Assembly: GCA_000165425.1 (NCBI GenBank)
Contig: CT868005.1
Location: 62,001-126,000, forward strand
DNA from: Paramecium tetraurelia
Lineage: Eukaryota
Direction of reading: 5' to 3'
DNA length: 64,000 nucleotides
Of this stretch, positions 41,540 to 55,444 are shown piece after piece. How positions within the stretch are numbered: the first letter of the stretch is position 1; each line of letters starts with the position of its first letter. The notes below the pieces were generated by a model. The model did not search any database and was not told where the DNA came from. It saw only the letters and a program-made list of their open reading frames with translations. The translations under genes and the position numbers were made by a program.

Positions 41540-43401
41540 TCAGTATGATGATTTAATTTAGAACTTATATACACTTCCTTAATGTTTTTTTTTGGTGAAT
41601 AATTATGAGTTAGATATAGGAGTAAAATCCATTTTGACATTGTGAATGTTCTCAACATTCGTAGGATGATGTTCAGGTTTGGTAGTTTTAGATTAAGTAA
41701 ACTAAGGCTTATTGATTTCAATGGTGGGTTAGACATTAATCGAAAGTTTTTTGAGTTTGCTCTACATGATCTTAGCATAGGATAAGGAATTTAAGTTGGA
41801 TTGACTTTAAGATCTAGTTTGTCCTTGAGTCTTAATGCTGGATCTGAGACTAAATTGCAAGTCCTTGCTTCTCAGATCACTTTCAGATTACTGTTGTAGT
41901 CTGTTTCGTTGATTCCTGGTCTCTGACCTGATGAGATTCATTTCATTTACATATGGATCACTTCTGAAAGGAACTAAGAAAGAGTACTTATCCGCTTGGA
42001 TAGACTCAATATTTTCAATGCTCTACTTAAGGTTTTCTATTTCATGATAATAAATAGCCTTCTGTGCTTATTCAACTGTTTTTTCCATTTTCTTTCTCAA
42101 TTTGTCAATTTATTATTCAACTTTAATTTTCTTATAATAGGATGATTTGATTTAATCTAGATCAAATTGATAGGTGTCGTCTCCTGTTCTTTCAGTCAAA
42201 TCTGGATTCTGGTTGGTTCTCTATCCAAGATGACTCTGGATCTAGAATTTCACATTTTCATATTTAAGGAAATCGTCAATAGAGGAATAAAGTTGAAAAT
42301 AATCTAATAGTTATCTATATTTGATCCTGTAGTAAGTAGAATCAGTTTTGGCCTTTGCAGTAGTAATTCTGTAGTTGAGTTGCTTGAAGTGTTCGTAGTC
42401 TCCAAAAAACTAGCCAGAATTGATTATGGCCATAATAGTGGGTTTAGGGACGAAGTTGTGATGATTAGACACTTAATCTCCATTAGGAGTTGACCATTAG
42501 ACAACTTCAATTTCCCCATTGATTACTAGATAAATGTATTCATCAGGTTTGCCTTTTTAAAAAACAAATTGTCCAACTTTTTTGTTTTAAACTTCAAGAC
42601 TTTGCAATAGAACCAATTGATTCTAGCGTTGCCACACACTAAAGATAGGTATTTTAGAAATAAAGGCTATTTTCTGATTTGTTAATTCATGTTAGAATGC
42701 TCCAAGTATTCTTTGATAGAGATCATATGTGATGACGGCTAGAATGACTTCAGTTTTAGCAGCAACAGTGGCTGTTCTAGTAACTTTCTGTTCAATTGCT
42801 ATTTCTCCAAATTGATCGCCCTCTATTTTGGTTGCAACCTAGGCGTAATCGACAAAAACATATTTGACCCATTCTTCAAAAGAACTACTATAGAATGAGT
42901 TATACTTGAATTTTTGTTTCTTTTGAGGGGGATTTTCGGAAGTGTTTTTGGTTTTTGGGATTAAGATTACCAATTCGCCTTGGAGGACAAAATACATTCT
43001 TCTCCCAGGATCACCATGTCTGAATATGATTTTGGTGCTATCATACCATTCTAGAGTCATTTCTCTGAATAGGGATTTGCAACTTTCGTGATCCAACTTC
43101 TCTTTGAATTTACTAATCTAATATAATTATATTTGTACCTGTAATAGGGGAAGTTCTCCTCGAAGTAGGTTTTGACTGCTTCCAGTTATTCGTCCGTTCT
43201 ATTTTGGGAGTATTGTTTCAAAATGTAAATAGTCCTTTGTAATTGTATTGTTTTAGTGTGCGAACTATCTCTTTGCCAAAGTGTTGCTGCCTTCTCCAAA
43301 ATGCTCATGTGTCTACGTTCATTCTCTTCTTTTTGTTTGGCTGACAACACTATCTATTAGAATGTGTTCGTAACTCCTTTTAATGTTGTGCTGCTTTTCA
43401 T
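41540..43401 (-). CDS. Tandem cyclic-nucleotide-binding domain protein
   Basis: IIFRHGDPGRRMYFVLQGELVI...GDQFGEIAIEQKVTRTATVAA; second domain FVFQKGKPDEYIYLVINGEIEV...FFGDYE. Confidence 0.88.
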
Positions 43402-43414
43402 ATAAAATTTAATT

Positions 43415-44308
43415 ATGTTTCTAACCAGACTCAGGAATCTGTACAAGTTCTCATCTGCCATAGATCCATATTAAGTGTTGGGAGTTGATAAATTCACTCC
43501 ATTCCCAGATATCAAGAAGGCCTATTATAAAATGGCAGCTCAGTACCATCCAGACATTAATAAAACACCTGTGTTAAGATCATTAAATATATGTAGTCTG
43601 CCTAAAAACAATTCATTCTAATTAAGGAATCCTTTGAGAAGATTAAAGTAATGAAAGGAGAAGCAGTCCAAATGAATTCAGAAGGTTCTGCCAAAAAGGA
43701 GAATGAATATGAATCCGTTCGCAAGAATTACAAGGACTACGATGAAAACTTTGGAGAGTCCAATGAACAAAAGGACTATAAGGAATTCTATCATCAAGCT
43801 GAAGATCTGAAAGGCCAAGAATACGATCATCTTAAAAAGTCCTTTTAGACCATTCATGAAGTCAAAGACATCAAATTCAAACCCATCGATATGAAAATGC
43901 CTGATCCCTCCAAAAGATTTCATCTGGGTCAAGTTATGCATTTGAAGGTTTTCTCAGATGGTTCCAATCTGTACATTATTACAATCTGTGTTGGCATGTT
44001 TATACTCTTTTTTGTTATGTACTTCTACTCATTATTATTATAGTAATTCGGTGTTTCAAATACAAACCAAAAGAAAGACTAATTCCTAATTGTACAATTT
44101 GTTGAATCAACAGGTCATCAAGGAAGATTTGGATGAAGAGTAGCTTTTGCAACAAGTCACCACTCAAATTGAGAAGACTGAAGAATTTAAATAATTTAGA
44201 ACTGAGAAACTTGAGAAATAGGAGAAGTCTACTCAAAGGAGAAGATAGATTGTTCCTGAAATCCAAACTTTTGTATCGGCAACTGATCTTAAAGATAGTG
44301 TGCTTTGA
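43415..44308 (+). CDS. J-domain (DnaJ) protein, probably mitochondrial, with a TM segment
   Basis: Presequence-like [22 protein letters not shown]...[19 protein letters not shown] (HPD motif); hydrophobic [15 protein letters not shown]. Confidence 0.9.
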
Positions 44309-44335
44309 AATTAAATATATAAAATATTAAATTTT

Positions 44336-46291
44336 ATGTCATCTCGTAATAATTCTTGCGATACTGCAGTTGGATTATAATCAAGTATTCTATTATTAAT
44401 TTACATGAGAACTTATTGCATTGAAAGCAGAATTGAAAAAGGCCTAAAGTGTAATCGTCTAATAGTAACATATGTTACAAGTCTAAAAATAATTGATGGA
44501 TCGAAAACAATCTATAGACAAAGTCAAACAGAAACTGATGAATAATTTAAATCTTGAGAACCAATCCTTAGTAAATATACCAAATATAATCAGCGAAATC
44601 AAGTGAGCAAATTCGAAAAATTATTTCAAGATAAGAACTAAGAACTTGAAAAACTAACTTTAATTAATAAAAATTTGACAGCAGCCAATAATTAACTTCT
44701 AGCTGAAATGGCCAAACAATTAAGTGGACCAACTTCAGAAGAAAAAGAAATCAGAATTTAATAAATCAAAAGATTATCTATCATTGATACTAAACCTCCT
44801 CCTCCTCCCCCTTTACCATTGCCACAAAAACAAGGTAATCTAAAATAAGAATAGTAACGTAAAAAACCAAAAAGATAATTGAAATAATTACATTGGGAAG
44901 CTGTTTTAATGCAAAAAATAGAGTAGAGTTTTTGGAATGATGCTGATGATTTAACTATTAAAGTAGATTTTGAATAGTTAGAAGAATTGTTTTATCAACA
45001 AGTTAATGCTCCATAACAATAATAAATCCCAGCATAGGTATCAATACCAACCTTAAATTAACACATTCAAATTTTGAATCAAGAAAGATCGGTATGAATT
45101 TATCTCAAATATTAGAGAAGTGTCGAATTGGTAATAGCAAAATACAGACTTACTAGTCAATTAGTAATATAAGCTGTAAGCAATATAGATCTTAAGTTTT
45201 TGGATGGAGAGAAGATTGAGGCTTTGATGAAGTGTTTGCCGCAAGGAAAAGAAATAGAATAATTGGAAAAAGTGAAATCTTTGAGAGATAGTCAACAAAT
45301 AAAGCTGAACATTCCTGAGAAATTCTTAGTTGAATTATACGATATGCCATTTTTTGAAGAAAGACTATGTTCCATTAATTTCAAAATGGGTTTCATAGAA
45401 ATTAAGAAATCAATTGATAGTAAAATGTAATTGGTTAAGAATACATGTTAATAATTATTATAATGTAAATATTTGGAGAAGTTCCTATTATGTTGTTTAG
45501 CAGTTGGAAACTATTTAAATATTAACACTCCAAAAGGAAGTATTTGATATCATTAATTATATATAAGTAATAAAAGGATTTAAATTAGAATCAATTGAAA
45601 AATTCAATTTGATAAAAGGAAACGACAGAGAAACATCTTTGATAATTTATACCATTACAGTAGCTGAATAGGAAAATATTCCAGTTTTTAAGTTTGAAGA
45701 AAATGAAGATTAATTGTTGAATACTTAATTGATGAATTTGATTGGAGAAACATCTAAATTCTCACTAATTTAAATATTCAATAATGAAATCAATCAGATT
45801 AAAATTGGTCTGAAGCATTTAGAGAAGATGCTCACCATTAATGACTAGAATATCAATGAGGCCTACCAAACATTTTAGCAGGAAGTATTGGATTATTACA
45901 AAGTGATTGAAAATGAATATTTGGATTTATAAAAGTCATATGAAAAGTTATGTGATCACTATGGAGAGAACTATTAAAACTATGAATCTGAGAAAGTGTT
46001 CTAAAAGTTCAATCAACTGTTTATCCTAGTAAAAAAGGCAAAAATGCAATCAATCTAGATGAAATTATCTCAAGTGAATGAAGGTAGAATTAAGGAAACC
46101 TAAACTCAATTAACTAGAGTCAGATAAAGCAGTAATAGAATATATTGATATTCTTAGTTATGATCGAAGAGTAAGAGCAAACCAATTCGGTTAAGAAACA
46201 AATTGAATAAGCCAGAAAATTGCCATTGCATGAATTGTTGAAATTGAAGAGTAAGTTCAAAGCCAAAACGAATGGGAAAAAATAGGAATGA
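44336..46291 (+). CDS. Formin (coiled coil, short FH1, FH2)
   Basis: KPPPPPPLPLP; LKQLHWEAV...SFW...VDFEQLEELF; LAVGNYLN; KGFKLESIEK. Confidence 0.9.
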
Positions 46292-46402
46292 AGACTGTAT
46301 TAATTATCTCAAATGTTATTGGATATATATGTTAAATAAACAATTATTAAAATATTCGTTGTATGTTTAAATTCAAATTAAATAAATATTAAATAAAAAA
46401 GG

Positions 46403-47815
46403 ATGTTCAGACATAGGGATTTAAACACATTTTTATCCAATTACTAGTAGTTGGATAGACAAACCAAGAAACCCTTCGAATATTTGAATCTGTCGTATCA
46501 TCAATAATTTGATCATTCCCCTATCAAAAAGCAATCATACACTTCAAAAAACAATGAAATATAATACAAGAGTCTTCAAGAACCTTCCTTCTTAAGACAA
46601 AGCCTATTGCCTAATTATGAGCCAACAAAGTGTTCCAGTCAAAGAAATGGAATTATCAAAGCTTATGCTGCAAACACGAATTAAGGGATAGTTAGAGATT
46701 ATAATGAAGATAGAGTCTCCATTATATTAAATATTCTCAAACCTTAAAGTAGAAGCACAGAATAATGGCCAAAATGCTCCTTTTTTGGAGTCTACGATGG
46801 ACATGGTGGAGCTGCATGTGCTGATTTCCTAAGAGATAATTTGCATTAATTTGTAGTTAAAGAACCTGATTTCCCTTGGAATCCAGTTGGTGCTATTAAA
46901 AAAGGATTTGAAGCAGCAGAAAAGTCTTTTTTATAAATTGCTTAAGAATCCTATAACAAGGGAGTACCTGAAAGAAGTGGATCTTGTGCTATTGTGGTAT
47001 TAGTAATTGGAGATACTTGTTATGTGGCAAATGTTGGAGATAGTAGAGCTGTGTTAAGTACTGCATCTGGTAGGAAAGCTGTTGCATTATCACATGATCA
47101 TAAACCTGAATTGGAATAAGAAAGAATTGTGAAAGGTGGAGGATCCGTATACCAAACTCATGGAATTAATGAAGAAGGTATGCAGATTTTAGGACCAGTA
47201 AGAGTTAATCCAGGTAGGTTGTCAGTTTCAAGGACATTTGGAGATATCGAAGCCAAATTTGAGAAGTTTGGTGGAAATCCAAAAGTTGTTATCGCTGAAC
47301 CTGAAATCAAGTAATTTAAAATAACAAATGAACACGATTTTATTGTTTTAGGAAGTAATTTATTGGATCTTATAATTAGGTGATGGTATTTTCGATAAAC
47401 TAAGTTCTACTGATGTTCTGAATATCGTTTGGAAAGATATCTTAAACTGTTAGGCAGGCAACAATTTACACAGTGTATTATCCACATCAGTGGAGTCAGT
47501 GCTTAAGGAAAGCATATAAAGAAAGAGTTCAGACAATGTGACTCTGCTGATTGTAGCTTTTTCAGTCTCATCTTTAAAAGAAGAAGAACTTAGGATCAAA
47601 ACATCATCTTCAATTGAAAAACTGGTAAAAGTGCCTTTAACAAACAACATACCAAGTACAAGGATGAGGTATACAGTTAATCTATGATCTTTAGTTATTC
47701 CAAAAAAACCAATGATGAAAACAACCCTTTCTTTATTAACACATAAAGGATGAACCCACTTCAAAAGTAACAATTAGAAGAAACAACCAGATACAAACCT
47801 AGTTATATTAATTGA
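46403..47815 (+). CDS. Protein phosphatase 2C (PPM family)
   Basis: NQGIVRDYNEDR, FFGVYDGHGG, SGSCA, YVANVGDSRAV, LSHDHKP, GRLSVSRTFGD, DFIVLGSDGIFD, SSDNVT. Confidence 0.95.
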
Positions 47816-47863
47816 CTATAAGAAATTAGAATAATTAATTTTTCTATAAAGCATTTCATTTGA

Positions 47864-49778
47864 TCACATTCTTTTTACTTTCTAGCTGTAAGGTCTTTAG
47901 GTGTTTGTTTGGGTTATTTCTTCATCAAGTCCAGCTTCAATCAGTTTGGTCCTTAGAGTTTTGATTTATTGCTCTAAGCATTGATTTTTAGTTTACAAGA
48001 TTTCTATTTATGTGACTAGATCTGATTGACGCTGTTATTCAAACCGAGATAAGTTTTATTTGTTATAATTTTAACCCCTAATTAACTTACCTTTTTTTGG
48101 GAATTTATTTGTGATTTACCCATTTACCAAATCAACCGATTGGTTTAATTGATGCCAATTGGAATCATCTTACAAAATTGCACTATTCTTTCTCTTATAA
48201 GCTCAATATATTACTTCATATTGATGGCTCTTACGCTTTTGTTCATATTATCTCAAAGAATTGGCTCTAGTTTATGTTTTAAGTAAGGATTCATATTATG
48301 ATATCTACTTAGCTAATTTTGCTTCTAAGCTCTTTTTCCTCTCTAGCACCTAATTCAAATGAGTTAAGAGTTGCGTGTTTTCCTGAGTTTTTAGATAGAT
48401 TTCTTAATCTCTCCACAATAATAATTTCTTAAATTTTTTATCATTCTCTTAAGTAGATTTGACCAAAAATTGATTCTGTCTGCATAATTCATTAGTGATT
48501 TCACCTGTGAAATGTTTTTGATACAACTGTTTTAATTGTTGGGGCCAATCCTAATTAAATTGGAATTGATTACAGATTCTCTAAATTCGTGAATCATGGA
48601 AGTGATATCCTTAGTAAATAGTTTGACGGATATTTCTGCCTTTTTGTCTTATTCAGTGATATTCTCTGGATTTATATTGTCATACCTATCATTTTTACTA
48701 AGATATTTTTGGTACATTGACTTAATAAAATCTACCCATTCCTAATGTTAATAAAGAAAATTACTTTTTCTTTCTTCTCATGATAGCAATTATATATATC
48801 CATAGTTATTTATTTTGATAGGTCTTAATATTTCTTACAATTTTATTTTAATTTATCAATATCTTCATTCAAAACTTTGATTTGATTACTAGTTTTCTAA
48901 TCTTTTTCTTCATATTACTTCAATTTGGTTGATAATTCATTAATTTCATCTTCTAATCTTGGTATACTTTCTAACAATTCTCTTATCTTCTTATCCTTAG
49001 GTTCCATTTCAGTTTACATTTCATAAGTTTTATAACTTAGAACCAATTTTGATTTCTGTAATCCTCCAATATATTTTTGAAATTATTTAATTTGATCATT
49101 GCAATGAGATAGTTCTTGTTCATGCAAATTGATCTTCTCCATCAATTCTTTGTTTTAGTTTTATAATTCTTAAATGAATTTTTCAGACTCCTTCTATTTT
49201 AATATTTCTAATTCCAATTGTTATTGAACTACATCTATTTCTTTACAATTAAACTTATCAGATTTATATATCATTAGTTACTTATCCTTTGATTTGATTT
49301 CTTTCTATAATTCGTAGATCTTTGATTTAAATTTTTATTTAGTACTTTCTATTAGTTCATCTTATAATTTTTCATACTCTATTTCCCATCTGTTTTCGGC
49401 TTCGAATTTATAGTTTCCACTATGACTTGATGTCGCTGCATTCTAGAGCGATTTTAGATCAGATTGAAATTTCTTTTTAATCTCATTAATTTATTTTTAA
49501 CAATCTTATTCTAACAATTTCATGTTTGTTTGAAATTTCTACCTTTCCTCTATCAAAATTTGTTCCAATTAAAGGTATTTCTCATTCTCAATTAATATTT
49601 TCTTCTCATAAAGGGTTTCTAATTCTTAAACTGCCTTGAATTGATTGTTTTCAATGTTTCTAAATAAATTAAAATGCTGTTTTTCTTATTAAGTCTTTTC
49701 CTCCTTAAGTTCTTGATATCTTTCATTTCTGAATTGAATTTCCTCATTGAACTTGGTTTCGAATTCAGTTTGCTACAT
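47864..49778 (-). CDS. Coiled-coil protein resembling the CFAP57/WDR65 C-terminal region (no WD40 repeats)
   Basis: ELETLYEKKILIENEKY; LQKSKLVLSYKTYEMQTEMEPKDKKI; ELCRQNQFL; QENTQLLTHLN recall CFAP57 C-terminal motifs (from memory). Confidence 0.7.
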
Positions 49779-49822
49779 TAATAATAATATTAATATAAAA
49801 TGTTTCAATATAATAAATGACA

Positions 49823-50646
49823 TCATTTTCCAAACAACGTACTTCTTATAATTGGCAATGAGTCTTAGAATGTCTAATCAGTTCTAACATCCAGGGTATT
49901 CTTACAAACAATTAAACCATCCTTGGTGGTCATCAAAATTCCACCAAAACATTTTTTGTCGTTTTCAGTTTTCGATATGACCTAAGTAATAGATTTATTA
50001 CTTACTTCTGATGATGACTCCTGTGATGAGTAATCCTAAACACTTTTAATTGAATTGTCAATAAGTGCTCTTTCATCCAGACATTTATCTTCATCAATGT
50101 CTATTTTGACTTCAAATTCTAACCCATTCAATTCCTTTCTTAAAATATCTTAGAATTCAGAGATAGCATCTTCTATTACATTTCTTACATGTCTAATGTC
50201 TCTTTGTAAACATCTTAAGAATAATCGAATTCAATTACCTCACTACAACTTCATGTTCAAATAATTTAATTAATCCTTGAACCATCAGATTTTTTAACAA
50301 TTCCTCATAAAATCTTTCATCCTGTCTGATCATTTTGTAAATTTGATATTGTGACTTTATTAATAAGCAAATATACATCAGAGAAAATCTTTGTCAATGC
50401 TTGATTTCTAGCATTCATCAATCTCATTCTAGCACCATTTACAAGGGCACTATGTTTGATTCTCTCCTATTAAGCCTTCTTCTTATATTTTGTATTAATT
50501 TCTTCCTAAATGTTAGATTTCTCTTTTTCCACAATTTGCTTTTTCTCCTTCTCAAATTATTTAAATGCCTTGACTTCAATTTCAAAGCATTTCTCTCTTG
50601 CCTCCTAAAGCACGAATTCAGCCAAAGATATCTAATCTTACAACAT
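49823..50646 (-). CDS. ATP6V1E: V-type proton ATPase subunit E
   Basis: FVLQEAREKCFEIEVKAFKQFEKEK...NGARMRLMNAR...LLKNLMVQGLIKLFEHEVVVRC...GGILM...IVCKNTLDVR...LPIIRSTLFG*. Confidence 0.95.
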
Positions 50647-51469
50647 TATTAATAAATATTTATTTAATGTATAATACTCAATACAATACTCTAAAACAAT
50701 TTTCAGTATACATAAATTAATTAATAAACCACATATTTAATAATAAAGTGCCTATTAGTAATATATTCAGTGAATCTTTACATTCATTTATCTGAAGAAA
50801 CATATTCTATAAACTTTCTTGTTCTCAATTATTTAGTTTTTATTTTATTATCAAATTTAAAATCTTATTTTAAATATTGAGTGAAGTTATAATTCTTATT
50901 TTTTTAATTATTCAACCTATCTTTAAATCTTATTTGCTTAATACTTTTCATGAACTCATTGTTAACTATTGGAGGTTTATTGAATATTTTTTCACTTACT
51001 CGTAATTTTATAGTTACATTCAAATTGATTATTTATTAAAATGTTTTAAATTTGTTCACATTGCTAAAATATCATATTCTAACAATAAGTTTTAAGATAT
51101 ATAGATATTATGTCTAATGTTATATAGGAATTAAATTAATTTTTTTTACTTTATAAAGTTTTCAATTGATTTATAATTCTATTCCATTATAGATTTAGAA
51201 ATCTTAAATAAAATTATTAAATTATTAATATTATTGATAATATGGATTTTCGCGAGTGGAAATAATGAATTTAGTTATATAACGTAAATGCCTTTCTAAA
51301 TATATAATTTTTTAAGTTATATCATTTAAACTCTGTTGATCCACAGTTACTTTGTATCATTAACATCATATTAATGGTTATACAATTTATATGTGATCAT
51401 CACTTTTAGAAATTATCAGAAAAGATTACTATATAAATTCCATGTAAATTAGAATATAAATTAATAAAA

Positions 51470-53275
51470 ATGGGAAATTCATCATCTTCAAAGTCATCAG
51501 CGAATAAAACAACAAACAATGTTTCTTAATAGCCTCAATGTAATTATTTAACGGCTATATTTAGCTACTTAATAATAGCAATCTCCATAATTTCATTTAA
51601 AATCAACTGGATAGATTCCTCAAATTGGTGGTCACAAATCCCAAATCATCGATGAAGAAATAGCTAAAAATTTAGAAGATCCAATTGTAGAATAGCAAGT
51701 TATCGTTGAACAATAAATTTAACAAATTGATATTGATGCAAAAGTTGGGGAAACAATTGAGAAGATTCATATCAATTTGATAGCTAGATAAGACGTAGTT
51801 ACTTTAAGTTAGTTCGCCTAAACTTTACCAGTGATATTATAGGTTTAAGCACTCAAATCACAATTGAAACATGCTAAAGCAAATATTGATTTAGTTTGTG
51901 TAGTTGATGTTAGTGGATCTATGGAAGGTGAAAAAATTAGCCTTGTCAAAGATTCATTAAGATATATCTAAAAAATATTGAGTCCAAACGATAGGTATTC
52001 AGTTTGACAAATTATTAGAATTGCTTTAGTAACGTTTGGCACATATTCAGGTATCAATTTGCCTTGGACTATCAATAAACCTGAAAATAAATAAAAAATC
52101 AAAGATGCAATTATTGGTATGAAAATTAGAGACTCTACCAATATTGCAGATGGTGTTAAACTAGGATTGAGAATGATTAAAGAGAGAAAATAAAAAAACC
52201 CAGTCACTTGTATGTTTGTGTTGACTGATGGACAAGACGATAACAAAGGAGCAGATGAAAGATGTTAATAAGCTATTAATGAATACCAAATTTAAGATAC
52301 CTTCGTGATTAATTCTTTTGGGTATGGATAAGATCATGATGCAAAAGTAATGAACAACATCTCAAATTTAAAAGGTGGAACATTCACTTTTATTGAAAAT
52401 ATCGCAAAGGTAATCTTTAATTTATTATCATTAGGCTTCAGAACATTTTATTTTGGCAATGAGTGGAATGTTATCAGTTTTGGCTAAAAATGTGAAAATA
52501 GTAATTGAAGAAAACCCAAATTATCCTATTTAGAAACTTTATGGGGATGATTTTCTTTGGCATAAACTCGATGGATCCAAATATGAAATGAATATGAATT
52601 ATTTACTGGAAGGTGAAAATAAAGAATTTGCTTTGGAAATAGAAATACCTTCAAGTGACAAAATAAATTCATAAAATGAGATAGTATTAAGATCCAGTTT
52701 AACAGGTGAATTTTTAGAACTGAAAACTAATTTCACAAAATAACAGGAATTAAATATCAAATTTTCATTGTAAGAAGTTCCATTCGAACCAAAGGAAATT
52801 GTGGAAGTTAATTATTTGAGGGCAAAGGCTGGTACTGTTATTGGAGCTGCAAAAGAATTGGCAAAACTTAAAAAATACGATTAAGCTCAGTAATCATTAA
52901 ACAAAGTGCTTGATGAAATAGAGCAATCACATTTTATTGCTTCAAAAGCACTATAAGTTGTAGTAGTTGATTTGAAGTAAATTAAAGATATTTGTAAACC
53001 TTAATTATTTGAATAGAAAGGAGAAGCTATGATGTTAAACAAATAAAAAAATCATGTTCAGAGATAAAAATCAATTAGTAATATTCTTTATATATGTCTT
53101 AGGTAATCGTATGGAATGGAATGATTGTGAAGAGGAATAAATGGAAAATTATAACAATGGAAAGTTATGTTTGAGTGTTTGTGACATGTAAGATGATTAT
53201 CAATAAAATGCACAATTTGATTCTCCTGTTTAAAAATTTAGAAAAAACTCAGGCGATTCCGACTTATCATTTTGA
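51470..53275 (+). CDS. Probably myristoylated VWA-domain protein
   Basis: MGNSSS; NIDLVCVVDVSGSMEGEKISLVK; STNIADGV; MFVLTDGQD; INSFGYGQDHDAKVMNNIS (MIDAS residues present). Confidence 0.9.
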
Positions 53276-53785
53276 TAAAATAAATTTAAAAATTAAGATT
53301 ATTATAAGCTCTTTAAATTTTAGTTTAATTCAAATTCATAAATATCACTATCAATTCAATATTAAAAACAAATTTAATTTAATAGAAACAATTTTAGTGA
53401 AGTTATGATTTAAGCTGTTGTTTAAGCAAATACTTAGAATTGATAACTCATGAATAATATTTATTGTTAACTTTAAATCAGGTAGAATAATTTGTCAAAA
53501 TTTTTATTTGTAAATAGAAAGTTTGTTCATGATTACAACCATAAGATAATCTAATTTACCTATAAAGAAATTATTTGAAAATTTCAAATATATTATTCAA
53601 CCATTGTCTAATAATTCGAATATTTTATTTTGGTAGATTAAATTAATAGAGAAATATCGAATCTGAAAATTTTCAATTCTTAAAAATTAAGACCGAATCA
53701 AACTTGAATATATTTAGTTTGAAAATTTATATTTCAAAAAAAAATAAAACAAAGTTGATTATAATAGATACCCAATATATATATT

Positions 53786-55265
53786 TCATTTATAATATTT
53801 ATTTATTAAATCTACACAATCCCATTTAGAAATTTTTTTAAACAAAAATTCTTTTGAAACATTGTTTTTTATTTTCGATAAATCATGCTAAAGTTCTTAA
53901 AATTGACTTCTTTATTGAAAATTGCTTTTGCTTGCTTCTCTAAGGATTTCTTTTCTTTCTCTAATTTAAGATTATAAAATGCTGCTTGATCGTTATTTTT
54001 CAAGAACTTTATTAACTTTTTCTAATTGTTAGAGATTTATTTTTTCTAAGTTGACTAAACTTCGAGACTTATTTTTTTTATTTAATTGAGGAGAATAGTT
54101 TGAACTTTTTTTTTCAGGGTAAGTTTCCTCTATTTTTGTGTAATTTGTTTATTTGTCTTAATTAAACTGTTACTTGATATTTTTTCGTTTCTTTAATTTT
54201 GTTAATTATCTTTAGGATTCTTTTGAATTATTGATATATCTAGTTTATTTTTGAATATATTTTTCTAAAAACTTTTATGATTCTTCAACTTTTTGATGAG
54301 ATTAAGTATTTTAAAATACAGAAGTTCTATTATTATCTAATAAACTTAGTCTATTAATTTGAGATTTATTTAATTTAGATTGAATCTTTGCATATAATTA
54401 ATTACATTATTCAATTTCTTATTATTTGATTTACTTAATTCTATCATTTACTTATTTTTATTTAAGCAAATCTTTTAGCTCTTTTTCTTTTTATTTTATT
54501 TAATTTTGATATAATCCTCTTTCTGAGTCATCTGATCTAAAAATAATAGAATTTTTACTCAAGTTTATCTTTAGAAAGAATTTCTTTTTATCTTTCAAAT
54601 GCCTTTTCCTATTCATACTGAATTGATTCTTAATGTTTTTTTGCTATTTATTGAGTTTTCTAGTTAAAAGAATGCGCTCTATCACTGATGGCTTTAAGAC
54701 TTTGCTTTTTTAGTTTTTTTACTCGTAAGTTCTCTTATTCCAAGACTTTATTCTCGTTCAATATTTTCAATTCTTCTTCAATTTATTCCCGTATTTTATT
54801 TTTGAGGATTAATTGAGTTTTATCTTTTTTAATTTGTTATAATTCAATTCTTTTATCTAGCATGGAAATTGCATTTTCAATATTTAAATAGTTGAAACTT
54901 TCAGTTTAAGAATAATATCTGGTATTTACCAACTAATCGTATTTTAAGGTCTCTGCCTCCTCTTTTTTAATTTTATTCCTTTCCTTTACCAATAATTTTC
55001 TTCTTTATGCAATTTGATGCAAATGAAGCAGATACCTTTATTCAGTTACCGAATAATCTTCATCCATGATAAAGAATTGGGATATTTTTTTTTATTATAA
55101 GTCTTGCTCTTTCAAGCTGAGATTCTACATAGCTATCTAAATTTTCGGAGAGTTAAAATTGATCTCAACCTCCAATAAAAATTAAACATCAAATGTTAGT
55201 TTGAGTTCAAACTACTCAATTTTTGATTAGCTCAAAGTTAATGGATCATCTGTCAATAACAACAT
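53786..55265 (-). CDS. Coiled-coil hypothetical protein
   Basis: MLLLTDDPLTLSQSKIEQF...INFNSPKIQIAMQNLSL...; K/E/Q-rich; one 22-nt intron restores the frame; TGA at 53786. Confidence 0.72.
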
Positions 55266-55444
55266 TTTATTTATAAATAAATTTCTAATATCTGACTTGT
55301 ATTAAGAAAATTGGTAATCAGAATGAAAAAATATAAAAATACAAACCATAGGTTAATTGGGAGTTCGTGATTTGGGTATAGTGCTGATTTATTATAAAGT
55401 GTTAAAATTTATAATTTTTTGTCAGCCCATTAATATTATAAATA

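Noticed and set aside
50784..51075. Possible ~90-aa minus-strand gene
   Set aside because: Needs a 19-nt intron to bypass a TGA and has no recognisable motif.
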